In this document: piece by piece, positions 38,578 through 50,683 of the stretch
How positions within the stretch are numbered: the first letter of the stretch is position 1
How the letters are laid out: the number at the start of each line of letters is the position of its first letter
NCBI RefSeq assembly: GCF_000143415.4
Contig: NW_003314274.1
Location: forward strand, 1,750,851-1,814,850
Origin: Selaginella moellendorffii
Taxonomy: Eukaryota > Plantae > Lycopodiophyta
Length of the DNA stretch: 64,000 nucleotides
Direction of reading: 5' to 3'
Program-made: the position numbers and the translations under genes
Notes under the pieces: model-generated
Databases searched by the model: none
Seen by the model: only the letters and a program-made list of their open reading frames with translations
Told to the model about the DNA's origin: nothing

Positions 38578-41500
38578 TCATGCAGCGGATTCTACAGAAT
38601 CCGCTGTTTGGACGGATCCCGCCACCGTGAGAAGATAGTCACAGTACTGGCTGCTCTGGTGCTTGGACCGGACTTCCGTGACAATTTCCACGACCAAAGC
38701 GGGGCGTTTTACTGCGCAAACCTCGACAGCTTTGCAAACCGACTCCTGTGGAGAGAAGTTGCTTAGGCTAAATGACTGCAAATTATTGCTTGATAGTACC
38801 TTGATTTGCTGGTTCTGGTCGTCCATGTGTAGGACGAGACTGCTTAGACAGCTCTTGAGCTGCAGCGTTCAGAGGTAAGTATCATGGAACAAAATTCGAT
38901 TTTATCCCACCTCTGTGCCAGGGTATGCCGGAGGAAGCGTGCTCAGAAAGAGGGACAACGATCTTAATATCCCAAGACGGACGCCATCATTGCTATCGTC
39001 AAGTCGCTTTTGGAGAACTGCTCCGATCTTAACTCGGTAGTCATCTGTAGGAAAGCACGGACGATCGTAAGAAGCAAGGCCTACATTTGAAAAGCTACCT
39101 CTTAAACTGTTTCCGGCAATGCGAATGATGTTCTCCATGACATGACAAGTAACTCGTCGCGTATCAACGTAGAAATCTTCCTCCAGACAGGATATGACAA
39201 CAGGCAACGTTTCCCCCGTTTCCAGGATGTCATTCAGATCTTTCTGAAAGACGAATGTAAACATCAAAGTCATATGTTAAAGGAAGCACTTACTTGAGTA
39301 CAAAGACCGCGTCTTAAATACGTCCCAACTGCAACCATAGCCGCATGTCTGACTGCAGCTCCAACCTGTAACAAGCGCTTTAATCATCTGAAATCCGTTC
39401 CCGAATGTCCAACCTTTCCTGCTTGCCATATGCCGCATGGAATCAAAACACTGACAATGACTTCCTTTGCTAAGGAGCTCCACCAAGATTCAAGGCCAGA
39501 AGTTTCAAATAAGTCGTCCAAAAGCTAAAGCCATGGAAATATCAGCAAGTTACATACAAACTTCAATACTTACATGCAAAAGAGAAAGACGCAGAGAAGG
39601 ATCTCTTTGGGGTTTTAGACAGCTCGCAATAATTGGAAGTATCTCCGCTAGATATGAGCCGGCCTGCAGACAGTAAAGTAAGCACAAGTTCGTTCACATG
39701 GTTTGATCAAAGTACTAAATGGCCAAGATTCTTCAATACGGCTTCAAAAAGATGTCGCCCTGGCGAGTTTCCTAGCCATTCCTCGTGTCGAAGGATTGCT
39801 CGATCAATCAGGTCCCTTGTGTGACAAGCATACAGCTGCTCCAATGACTCGTAGCCAGTGACATGAGCAAAGGTTTCTATCAAAGAAGCAGCATCCTGGT
39901 GTAGTTTGGCATCATCTTGAATACATTGAAGCTGCATCAATAATCAAGTCAGCAAAGAACAACATTCTTCAAACAAACCTGTAACAATAAAATCAACATC
40001 TCTTTCGAAGAGACTCTGGATATCGGGCCCGCTTTTACGACAACATTGGTTAAAACAGCCAAAAGCTACAAGAAGAACAGCGTCAGAGAGTGGAACCAAG
40101 GAAAAAATATTTCGAATCAAGAACCTGTCGTCGTACTGCTAGGCTTTCATCAAAAGACAAATTAGCGTGACATAGCCCTTGCAAAATCTGCAAAACGGAA
40201 CGGTTAAGTTGTCCTACACGAGGCAATTGCATAATACCTGAATAACCAGGCCTTCATGAACATTCTCGTTCGGCGTACCATAAAGCAAGCCAGCGAATAC
40301 GACTAATCCATTTGCTCTCTGCAGTTTCCAAGCATGCACTCAAGTGTTTCATATAAACTGTAGCCATACTTGCAAAGCTGTAGACCGATCGCTGATTATC
40401 GAATCCATGATAAGATCCAACCAATGCTCCGGAGCATTGTTAAACCCCAATATTTGCGAGGATTTTACTACGTGTTGTGCTACTCGAACATCGTCATCTG
40501 CAACAGCACTGAATGCAAATACTAGCTTTTCAAAAGTTAAACTCCAAAATAAGAACCTGCAGAGGGAAGGAATGAGAACATCCAGGTGTCGAGAGGAATG
40601 ACTTTCTGCGAACACCTGTTAGAAAAGAAACATGGTAAGGAATAATCACAAGAAAGAGAAATAATCGTTACCAGAGTAGTTTGCAAAAGTCGAGCAGCAC
40701 CCAAGCGCGTAGTAACTGTCCAATCACGAAAATCCTTCGAACAGTCGTAAACTATTTGCTTGAGGTGTCGCTAATATAAGTTGATGGTAAGAAACAACTT
40801 ATGACAGCACAAAACTGATAAACCTGTATCATTAAGCGTGAGCCATAGCCAGGCTCTGTTTCGAAAGGTAGTGGAAGAACATTAGAATCATGCCTCCAGG
40901 TCTGTAAGTTCAACGTTATTACATAAGTGACACAACAAACGTTACCTTCTCTTGCACCGAATCATGAGCATTCCAGTGCTTGTAAACTTCACCTACACGA
41001 TAAACCATTGCCAAAGTCGAGGTAGAAATCTCTGGTGAGTCATCTCCAATTCCAAGTAGAAGCAACGGCAAGAGCAACGGCATATAGGCCGTCTGATTCT
41101 TTGTTTCAGTCATTGGGCATGTTTCATCTGGCTCATACCCAAGCCATAGAGCAACATACTCAAAAAAGACCTGCGTACAAAGGATCTAAACCTCTGAGAG
41201 AGAGAAAAAAAATGGCTTATTTACCTTTCTCACTGCATCGGAATGATCAAATGCAACCGCTTTGACGCCCGGAGCAACGTGTTGGGCAATCATACCAGCC
41301 GGCAAACCGCATAAAACAACGTCATTGAGTGCAGATACAACCGCAGATCGCACCTGTGCAAAACATATCAGTTAAACTTTCTTTTGCAGACATCTCTACA
41401 AACCCGTGAGTGAGCGTGCAAAATATTCGGAAGTAACGCGTGCAGTATAGCATCTGCATTCTCGCCTAAAACATCAGGTGCACGACTGCATAGTCTAGAC

Positions 41501-42313
41501 AGCAGCGCACAAGAAGCTTTTTTAATTTCGTGAAAAGAATCCGACAACGTCACGCAGATTACCTGCAAAAGCAGCCAATTACAACACAAAAGAGAAAGAA
41601 CACTAACGCTGACCCTTGTTATGTGCTCAGAGAACTCACGAACGCTCTCCACTGAGCACTGACAAATTATAGCATTGAGCAAGTTGATTAAACTTAGACG
41701 TATCTCTTCGGAATGTTCAAGCACTGGAAGCTGCCCTGCCACAAATTTTCCAGATTAAAGAAAAAGGGAAAAATCATCACAGGACGTGATTACCAGTCCG
41801 CTCAGCTATTGCAGGAACCATCAAAAATGTTGTTTGCTCCACCTGGATCAAAAACTTTAGTACAAAAGTATTGGAATCTAAGAAACATACCTCTGCTAAA
41901 AGCTTCACAACTCTAGAAATCATGTTCACGGCAGCTTCTCGACACCTCTCCACGGGGTCGTGAAGGTTTCTTACGACCAGCTTCAGTATCGTCTCGTCCC
42001 AAACAATCTAAAACATCAACAAAAGATTTTTTGCTTGGGAGATAAAAAGAGGAAAGAAAAAATACCTGGAGCATAGCTGGAGAACGAGACTCGATAACAA
42101 GAAGCTTGTCAAGGCGCTCCAATGCCTTTCGCCTGGTGTTTCGATCCGGGTCGGAGAGGCAGTTTAAATCTCTCTGGATCGTCTGGAAGTATGAAAATCC
42201 ACTACTGGAGCTCAATTACCATGGCGCGATTCAATGCGATCGCTTACCTGGACGAAATCCGCGGCAGCTATGGCTTGATCGACCGCATTCGAGGGAGCGT
42301 CATCGGCATCCAT
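38578..42313 (-). CDS. DNAAF5: Dynein axonemal assembly factor 5 (HEATR2), HEAT-repeat protein, many exons
   Basis: N-terminus MDADDAPSNAVDQAIAAADFVQ|TIQRDLNCLSDPDRNTRRKAL; motifs EHSEEIRLSL, LLLLGIGDDSPEI, KRLDDSNDGVR, LVLHMDDQ; helical HEAT-like pattern throughout. Confidence 0.8.
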
Positions 42314-42420
42314 CGCGAAGAGCAAAATCCCTGCTAGGTAGGCTTAGGGCAAAGAAAATTTTAGAGGAAGAACAAAAACGAACAGTAAAAATATGTTCTT
42401 CTAGGTGTTCTTTGTGAGCT

Positions 42421-43536
42421 ATGGAGTCTCCGTTTAACAGCGAGGCGCTCCAGGGCAAGGTAGCACTCGTCACTGGGGGAGGATCTGGGATAGGGTTTGA
42501 GATTGCCACGCATTTTGGCAAGCATGGAGCGAAGATCGCCATCATAGGACGCCGGAAATCGGTGCTCGATGAGGCTGTGGAGAAGCTATCCTCGCAATCC
42601 ATCCAGGTAAGTTTCAAAGGGATCAATGAGCTTTGAGCTGGATTATCCCAGGCATTGGCAATCGAGGGGGACGTCCGCAAGGAAGAAGACGCAAAGAGGG
42701 CGCTCGATTCGACAGTAGCGAAATTCGGGAAGCTTGATATTCTGGTGAATGGAGCTGCGGGAAATTTTCTCTGCCTTGCCGAGGATCTCTCTGTCAACGC
42801 ATTTAGAACAGGTAGACGCGATTCTTCTTTCTTTTCTTTCTTTTTCTTTCTTTTTCTTTTCTTTGGTTTCATCAGTTCTAACACTTAGAAAAAAATTGCA
42901 GTTCTTGAGATTGATACTGTTGGTACGTACAACATGAGCCACCATGCCATGCATTACTTGAAGAGCGGCGCGCCAGGAAAGAAATCCGGTGAAGGTGGTC
43001 TCATAATCAACATAACAGCCACTCTCCAATTCTCCGCGGCGTGGTTCCAGACTCATCTAGTTGCAGCAAAGGTAAGAGCTCGATCTAATATACCGTCTAA
43101 AAGAGTTTGCATTTTCGTTTTTTCAATCCAGGCAGCGATTGACAGCATGACAAGAAACTTGGCCCTTGAATGGGGAAAAGATTATAACATCCGAGTGAAT
43201 GCTATTGCTCCAGGACCGATCAAAGACACTCCAGGAATGTCTAAGCTTGCTCCTGACGAGATAAACATTCGAGACAGTCCTCCTTGGGGAGAGAAATGGG
43301 ACATTGCCATGACTGCCATTTTCCTAGCGTCAAGTGCTGGTATGTTGGTTTTGCGATGGCTTTTGTTAACTCTTTCGTTTTAACCAGGCAAGTATGTAAA
43401 TGGAGCGATTATTCCTGTGGATGGTGGAGCCTGGTTTCACAGACCTCCACACTTTCCAAAAGAAACCATTCGTTCGTTGTCGAGAGTGGTGGAGAAGAGA
43501 TCACGAGTCGGTTCTAATACCAAAAGCAAGCTGTAA
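42421..43536 (+). CDS. DECR2: Peroxisomal 2,4-dienoyl-CoA reductase (SDR family)
   Basis: VTGGGSGIG, GRRKSVL, NGAAGNFL, RVNAIAPGPI.DTPG, GEKWDIA; C-terminal PTS1 SKL-stop. Confidence 0.93.
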
Positions 43537-43738
43537 GTATACGATAAACTTGTTTAAAATAACACAGTTCTTTCGCAATATAACACCATTTTTATTTTTA
43601 TTTTAACTCGGTTTTTTTTTTTCCTGCTGATATATATTTTGCGTGTGAGTTTGAAGTTGACTTGAGCGTGGAAGCATGGATTGTGGGAGTAGCCATCGAT
43701 TAGCCAAGGTACTCTTTGCTAAATACTCCAGTAACATA

Positions 43739-44940
43739 CTAACTTCTTGACTCGCAGGTGAACGAGGCTGTGAAAGAGTTCGTGCCGAAAGACGAGTTTT
43801 TTTGCTTCCTGGTCCCCCAAGAAGGCGTACTGTCCGTAATGAGTTCGTCAATCGACTTCTGAAACCTTGCAAGGCTGTTGCTGTCTTGAAGGCCTACAAG
43901 AAACTTTGTTACGGTTTGCATGGTGGGCCTCGCTTCTGGTAGTTCATCGCAGCAGGACATGGCCATCTCCATTACAGAAAGCATTTGGTCCTGACAGAGC
44001 AGTTCCTGCTGCAGCTGTGGATCCAGAACATCAGTCCAGCGACCGCTCTCGAGAGCTCCTTTCGTCCAGTCTCGCAAAGTCAGGCCATCACCGAACTCAG
44101 TGCTCGTTGGAGACTTTCTGGTTAGAAGCTGCAGCATCACGATTCCAAAGCTGTAAACATCTGCTTCTGGCGATGGTTTCTCGCCTAAGAAAACCTCTGC
44201 AGCAAAGGTAACAAATGCCGTTTTCAGTACGTAACGCTCTAAAATCTTTGCGTTTTACCTGGAGCAGTGTAGCCTGGCATGAGCAGGAAACTGGTGATTC
44301 TCTTCTTCTGCCGCAACTGCTGCTCGACAGCTTTGGCGAAGCCAAAGTTTCCGATGTGTGCCTCAAACTCGTCATCGAGCAGAATGTTGCTGGGATTTAA
44401 GTCGCAGTGGACGAACTGCTGCTTGCAGTTGTGATGCAAGTAAGTGAGGCCTTGCGCAACTCCTACGGCTATCTTGTACCTCTTGCTCCAGTCGAGACTA
44501 ATGTAAGTGTGCCTCTGCTGCAGCTTGCTGTGGAGGCTTCCCTTGGGCATAAACTGGACAATGACCGCCATGAAGTCGAGATTCGAGAAGTAGCCGAGAA
44601 CTGGCAAGATGTTCCTGTGCCTGATGCGTCCCAGGACATGCAACTCCGTGAAGAAGCTCTTGTGTCTCACGGGACGTAGCTCTCGTCTTCCAAGCTCCAG
44701 CTTCTTGACAGCCACAACGTTTCCGTCAGGAAAGACGCCCTTGTACACGGTGCTGAAGCTCCCCCTGTCCAGGATGTTGCTACTGCTAAAATTCCCGGTA
44801 AGCGCCAGGAATTCGCTCTCGCTAAACTTAAGCATCTGTGGCAGCCGGAAGTAAGAAGAGCTATCATCGCCATCGTCGTCGAAATCGCCGCTGCGCATCG
44901 CTGCGTGAGAGATGAAGCTGGGGAAGAACTGTGCAAGCAT
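43739..44940 (-). CDS. Cytoplasmic RLK-type kinase domain (LRR-XII/FLS2-like), probable pseudokinase, 2 exons
   Basis: VAVKKL, GRIRHRN, HCDLNPSNILLD, IGNFGFAK, GYTAP|E, DVYSFGI, RPTM; no signal peptide or TM in the ORF. Confidence 0.85.
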
Positions 44941-45637
44941 CGAGCTTAAGAATCGTCGCCTCTCGTTTGATCCGATCGTTGCGCTACGAGACGCGTTGAA
45001 AGTCCTCGTCAAGCACAGGAACGCTTGGCTTTGTCGTCGGCCTTTACGTATTGTGTAAGTCGTTTGAAGCGATTCTTTCTAGATTTTCTCGTGTAAAAAT
45101 GACGCCTTTGTTTTCTTCTTCTTCTTCCTTTCAGACCTCGAACGTTTTTTTTTTTCTTTTTTCTGTTTTCACTCCCAGTCACACGACGCGGTGCCAAAGT
45201 TCTTCACAACAACAAGTGGTTCTTCGCAAGACCCGCATCCCTTTCACACATTCAAATATTTGAATTGATTCCAATAGAATATGCGCGGCTTGTTTGTTGT
45301 GGGGTTGCGGTCGAATATTCCAGCACTGGAAAAGAAGGGAGGATTGAGAGAATTCTCTTTCACTCGTCTCCAGGCGCGGCAGATTGGAAGGCGCTTCTCT
45401 AGATCGCGTGGCGCCACGGCGCTCGATCGAATGCCATAGCTCCAGGTAAGCGCTTGCGCCATTCCCTAAGCTTTCTGACCTAAATGCGTCCCTCCCGATG
45501 GATCCATGAGTGCCAATGCTTCGTTGTCTCTTTCCTTTGCTCTAGAAATCCCTTGTTCTTGATTGTCCTGCCTTGATTTCCTTGGAGTTCTTTCTTATGC
45601 TTCTCTTGTTTGTAATGCCAGCTCTTTGGAAGAATAA

Positions 45638-47135
45638 ATGGACGTAGCTCCTTTAGCTGGTGTCACTGGAAGGTATGTTGCTGCTGCTTCTTCTATTTTT
45701 TTTACTTTCTCCATCTTTTCTCAAAGTTGGCTTCTCTGGAAGCAACTCACAGGCTTTCTTGCCTCCAAACGAAATGTTGCGAAGCAAGCGTAAGATCGAA
45801 GAGGCAAAAGTTCCAAGTTTGCAATGGGCGATGCATTCCAAAGTCGTGCTCCGTGGTGGCGTTCCCTGCGACACGGCGGAGTCCGGCGTGTAGGTTTCTA
45901 GCTCTCTCCGTTCGTCTCACGGAAACGTCCGTGGTGCAAAGCACGTATGTCGAAGAGCCTCCAGAGCGGGAGGATCAAGACTACGACTTCGAGCAGATTG
46001 ACTTTGCACAGAATGGAGCGTCTTCCAGCAGCACTGACATTTCCTCGGTCCCGTCGGATCGCGCCGAGGTACTGCCGTTCTTTTTCTTCTCCTTCCTTCG
46101 TCTAACAGGTTTTTTCTTCTCATTCTTAAGTTGCATGCCATAAGAACGAATTACATGAGGCAAAAGCTCTTGAGGAAACTTAGCGAGGTGAATCAATACA
46201 ATCGTAGCCTGCAAAGAACGGTATGTATTTTTCTTCTCACTTTGGTGGATTTCTGCTAATGTTTTGACAGGTCCAAGAGTCGAATGATACGCTGCTCAAG
46301 TGCAAAGCGGAACTGGCGACGATGGAGCTAGAACTTGGCGTAAGAAAGAAAAAATCCACCATTTCCTTCTTTTTCATCCTTGATACCTTTTGTACATTAC
46401 AGGTGCTTGTCAACTTGGCCCAAGAGGTTGCAAGGGAGGGAGGAAAGCTTGGATCTCGCAAAATCAATGGCAGATATATCCAGTCACACCTTGCTCACAG
46501 GCTCGAAGGTAAATTCTCGATAAGTTTTTCAGAAAAAAAGCGCTTCCCTTTTTTTTTCTCAGATATGCACAGTCGCTTGACATCACAAATCAGAGACGTG
46601 GATTCCGTGAGCTTGAGAGACGTTACACTAGAATGGTATGGAGTGGCAGAGGTACTAAAGTACTGCATTTGAGGAACTCTAGCCGAGCGAATCTATCCAT
46701 TTATCGATTTTTCTCTATTGTCTCAGGACGTGCGAGTGATGGGATCCTTCGATGGCTGGACCGAAGGCGAGAGTCTATCTCCAGAACACACTGGAACATA
46801 CGCAAAGTTCTCAGGCCTTCTCAAGTTGAGGCCCGGCAAGTAAGTTTCAGATCTCTCTCTCGATTCTTATCTAAGATTTCGTTCTTTCGAATGGATTTTT
46901 CAAATTTTTTCTAGCTAGGATAGAGAAGTTCTTTTGATTTTGGATTGTTGCAGTTACGAGATTAAATTCGTAGCTAAGGATCAGATTTTTCTTAGAAGTT
47001 CTTTTGATTTTCGATTGGTTTTTCTCTTGCAGTTACCAGATTAAATTCGTGGTCGATGGAGTGTGGCAAGTTTCTCCTCAGCTAGCCACTATTGGCGAAG
47101 GCCTTACTGTGAACAACTTACTTGTCGTGGAGTAA
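45638..47135 (+). CDS. PTST1: PROTEIN TARGETING TO STARCH 1 (coiled coil + CBM48)
   Basis: KLLRKLSEVNQYNR, GSRKINGRYIQSHL, VMGSFDGW, LSPEHTG, LKLRPG.YQIKFVVDG.W, NNLLVVE-stop. Confidence 0.92.
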
Positions 47136-47211
47136 AGTTAACTTTTACTCAGAGTGTTTAAAACGAATATACAATTTCTTTTGGAGGTATATTCCCGCTC
47201 AAGAACCCCAG

Positions 47212-47226
47212 TTAGGGTTAGGGTTT
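47212..47226 (-). promoter_or_regulatory. Telo-box (AAACCCTAACCCTAA) upstream of CCT2
   Basis: ttagggttagggttt 24 nt before the CCT2 ATG; typical of plant housekeeping and translation-related promoters. Confidence 0.65.
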
Positions 47227-47249
47227 ACACTCCAGTTCTTGCGACAGCG

Positions 47250-49400
47250 ATGGTGAGCGTTGTGACCATGTATCGCGTTTCCTGAGCGTTTTCTGGCAGG
47301 CCGATAAGCTCTTCAAGGATGACGCTGTGGAAGAGAAGGGCGAGCGCGCCAGAATGGTACTGTACTGCGGTTCTTAGATGTTTACCTGAGATTTCTTTGT
47401 GTTTAGGCGTCCTTCATTGGCGCTTTGGCCATTGTGGATCTTCTCAAGACCACATTGGGTCCGAAAGGAATGGTAAGTGAGAATGCTAGTTTTTAGTGGC
47501 TGCGGAGTTTAATGCTTTCGTTTTTTCCTGAAACTAGGACAAGATCTTGCAATCTACTAGCCGGGGACACTCTGTGTCTGTGACAAACGATGGTGCGACG
47601 ATCTTAAAGTCGCTGCACATCGACAATCCAGCTGCCAAAGTCCTTGTTGGTAATGCCAAGAAGAGAGTGAAGTTTTGCGCTTTTTTTTCTCACTTGATCG
47701 TTTGTTTGATCCACAGACATTTCCAAAGTCCAAGACGACGAAGTTGGAGATGGAACAACTTCGGTGGTGGTCTTGTGCGGGGAGCTTCTGCGTGAAGCAG
47801 AGAAGCTTGTGAACTTGAAGATTCATCCGATGACAATCATCGATGGTGAGCATCTGTGTGGCTTCCAGCGGATTGATTGACGGACGGTTTTGCAGGCTAC
47901 AGGATGGCCGTTGAATGTGCTCGTAGTGTTTTAGAGAAGAGGACCCGGGACAACAGAGCTGATCCAGGTCTGTTGGCACTGCTTCAATGTTTAGAGCTCA
48001 GTCTTGTGTTTGTCCATTGCAGAAAAGTTTCGACAAGATCTTATCAATATTGCTATGACAACTCTGAGTTCAAAAATTCTTTCTCAGGAGAAAGAACATT
48101 TTGCCAATCTTGCTGTGAATGCTGTGATGCGATTAAAGGTAAGTCTTTGTCTACATGCATCTACTAATCAGGCCTCTGATAAAAGGGAAGCGGGAATCTA
48201 GAAGCCATTCAGATCATCAAGAAGGCAGGCGGTTCCTTACAAGACTCGTTTTTGGACGAAGGGTAAACAAGTGTCTCTGTTGCATTCTCCTTTCTGACAA
48301 TTTGTTTCGCTAGATTTATTCTTGACAAGAAGATCGGTGTTGGCCAGCCAAAATCGATACAAAACGCCAAGATTCTTGTTGCCAACACGGCAATGGACAC
48401 GGACAAAGTAAAGATATATGGCGCACGCGTCCGAGTCGATGCCATGTCGAAGATAGCGGAGATCGAGGCCGCTGAAAAGGACAAGATGAAGCAGAAAGTA
48501 CAAAAGATACTGGCTCATGGAATCAACTGCTTCGTTAACCGGCAGCTGATTTATAATTTCCCGGAGGAGCTGTTTGCGGATGCTGGCATAATGGCTATCG
48601 AACACGCCGACTTTGAGGGAATCGAGAGGTTGGCGCTGGTTACAGGCGGCGAGATTACATCGACATTTGACAATCCCGAGTCTGTTAAGCTGGGACACTG
48701 CGATCTCATTGAAGAAATCATGATCGGAGAAGATCGACTTATTCGTTTCTCTGGCGTAGAAATGGGAGAAGCGTGCACAATAGTTCTCCGGGGTGCAAGG
48801 TATGCATTGCCTCTTTGTTCTTTGTGAATTCTAACTTTTTGGTTTTGCTTTTTTGTAGCACTCATGTCTTGGACGAAGCTGAAAGGTCCTTGCATGATGC
48901 ACTATGCGTGCTGTGTCAAACCGTTCAAGACAGCAGGGTCGTTTGGGGAGGCGGATGGCCGGAGCTTTTGATGGCAAGGCATGTTGACGAGCTTGCCAGG
49001 AAGACCCCGGGGAAAAAATCACTGGCTGTAGAATCTTTTGCTGCTGCTCTCCGAGCAATCCCGGCCATCATCGCGGACAACGCTGGACTAGATAGTGCCG
49101 ACTTGGTTTCACGCTTGAGAGCGGAACACTCCAAAGAGGATTGCATGTCCGGCATTGACGTGCTAACTGGAGGGGTAAGTGTTTTCTTATTAGAATTGAG
49201 TCTGTTTTGTAGCTAGAGTTGAGGGGGGTTGTTGACAAGCGCTGGCCATGCAGGTTGGTGACATGGAGCAGCTTGGAATTTACGAAGCTTTTAAGGTGAA
49301 ACAGGCGGTGATATTATCCGCAACCGAGGCTGCCGAGATGATCTTGCGTGTTGACGAGATTATAAAGTGCGCGCCTCGGAAACGCGAGGAAAGGATGTAA
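47250..49400 (+). CDS. CCT2: T-complex protein 1 subunit beta (cytosolic chaperonin)
   Basis: [75 protein letters not shown]. Confidence 0.97.
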
Positions 49401-49468
49401 TAGCTTTCTCTTTTTTGTCTTGGTTTCTTTAATCCATTTTTGTTGCTCATTGATATGAGAGCGTTGAG

Positions 49469-50536
49469 ATGTTTCGAGTCCGCAGCAGCGAGATGGTTAT
49501 CATTCCAGTGCTGGTAACTTTGCTCATCCTGTGGAAACTAATGTGCTCGTCACTGCGCAGCAAAAGGTCCATGTTCTTGAAAAGCTTAGATCCAATCCAA
49601 CAGGCCTACACTCTGTACGCGCTCACTGCCTTCGTGGAGTTTCCATTTCTAACGAACAACGCTCTCGAGTTCGCGCTCTTTCGTACGGTATGTGATCCCT
49701 TCCATCTCCAGCATTCTCGTTCGCACAGGACAGCTTACTGGTGCCACTGCCAAGCGAGCGGAGGAGACGGGCATAGTGTTCCAGGAACTGATTCTCCATG
49801 TCGACAGTCAGCGTGGATCTTATGCCATTGGAACGGTGAACTTCGTGCATGGTCACTACAGGCCATCTTTACGCTCTCGCCCTCTTCGTTCTACAGCCTG
49901 CTGAGTGGGCCTCCAGGTGAGAGTTCTCTTCCTTGTTTCTTTTTCCTCTCTTTGGAAGTTTCTTTTTTGTCTTCAATCTTTTCCTCTTTGGCAAAACCCA
50001 TGCTCTTTCTGACACGTTCTTCGTTTTTAGATTTGGCTTTAGAGACTGGACTGACGCCGAGAAGCTCGCAACTTACACATTATGGCACGATATTGGCATC
50101 GGCATGAGGATCAAAGGCATCCCCAGCACACTGCAGGAGCTCTCCGACTTCAAGGACGATTACGAGCGTAAAAACATGGTCTTTGCGAAAACCAACAGGG
50201 AAATTGTACCCCGGTAGAGCTGGTATTGTCTACTTTTCCATCTGTTCTAAAACCTCTGGGGAGAAGGCTTTCTTGGACAACCGGCTCCAAGAAGCTTTTG
50301 GCTACCGGAAGCAAAACTTCGTCATCACACTGGTCGTGGAGATGCTGCTCAAGTTGGTGTTCCGGAGCTCAATATCGATGCTCATGCCTCCGAGACAACT
50401 CTCCTTCTCGACTGCCAAGATAGTTCCAGATTCAAGTGAGAATCCAGGATTGGACGACCCGGACAGTCTCCTGCCACTAAAGTATCACAGTTACAAGCCT
50501 GCTTCGGCTACCGCCTCAGCCAAGTTGGAGGCTTGA
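49469..50536 (+). pseudogene. ER-bound oxygenase mpaB / DUF2236-like gene with about 4 frameshifts
   Basis: Joined frames: N-terminal TM; EFPF...ALEFALFRT/YVIPSISSILVRTGQL...KRAEET...DSQRG.YAI..VN.VHGHY/LYALALFVLQP.EW..RFGFRDWTDAEK.A...WHDIG..M.IKGIP...YERKNM...N, LDNRLQEAFGY; intron 49917-50030. Confidence 0.7.
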
Positions 50537-50683
50537 CACCGGAAGAATCTCCACGCCAACTTTTCCGGACCACTCTTGTGTCCACTTCGAAAGGCGACGT
50601 AAGTTGGCGGTGTCGTCTTCTGCCAGCCAAGTAACATCACACTAGAGAAGCAGCAGATAGGCAATATGCTTTTAGTTTCCGCC

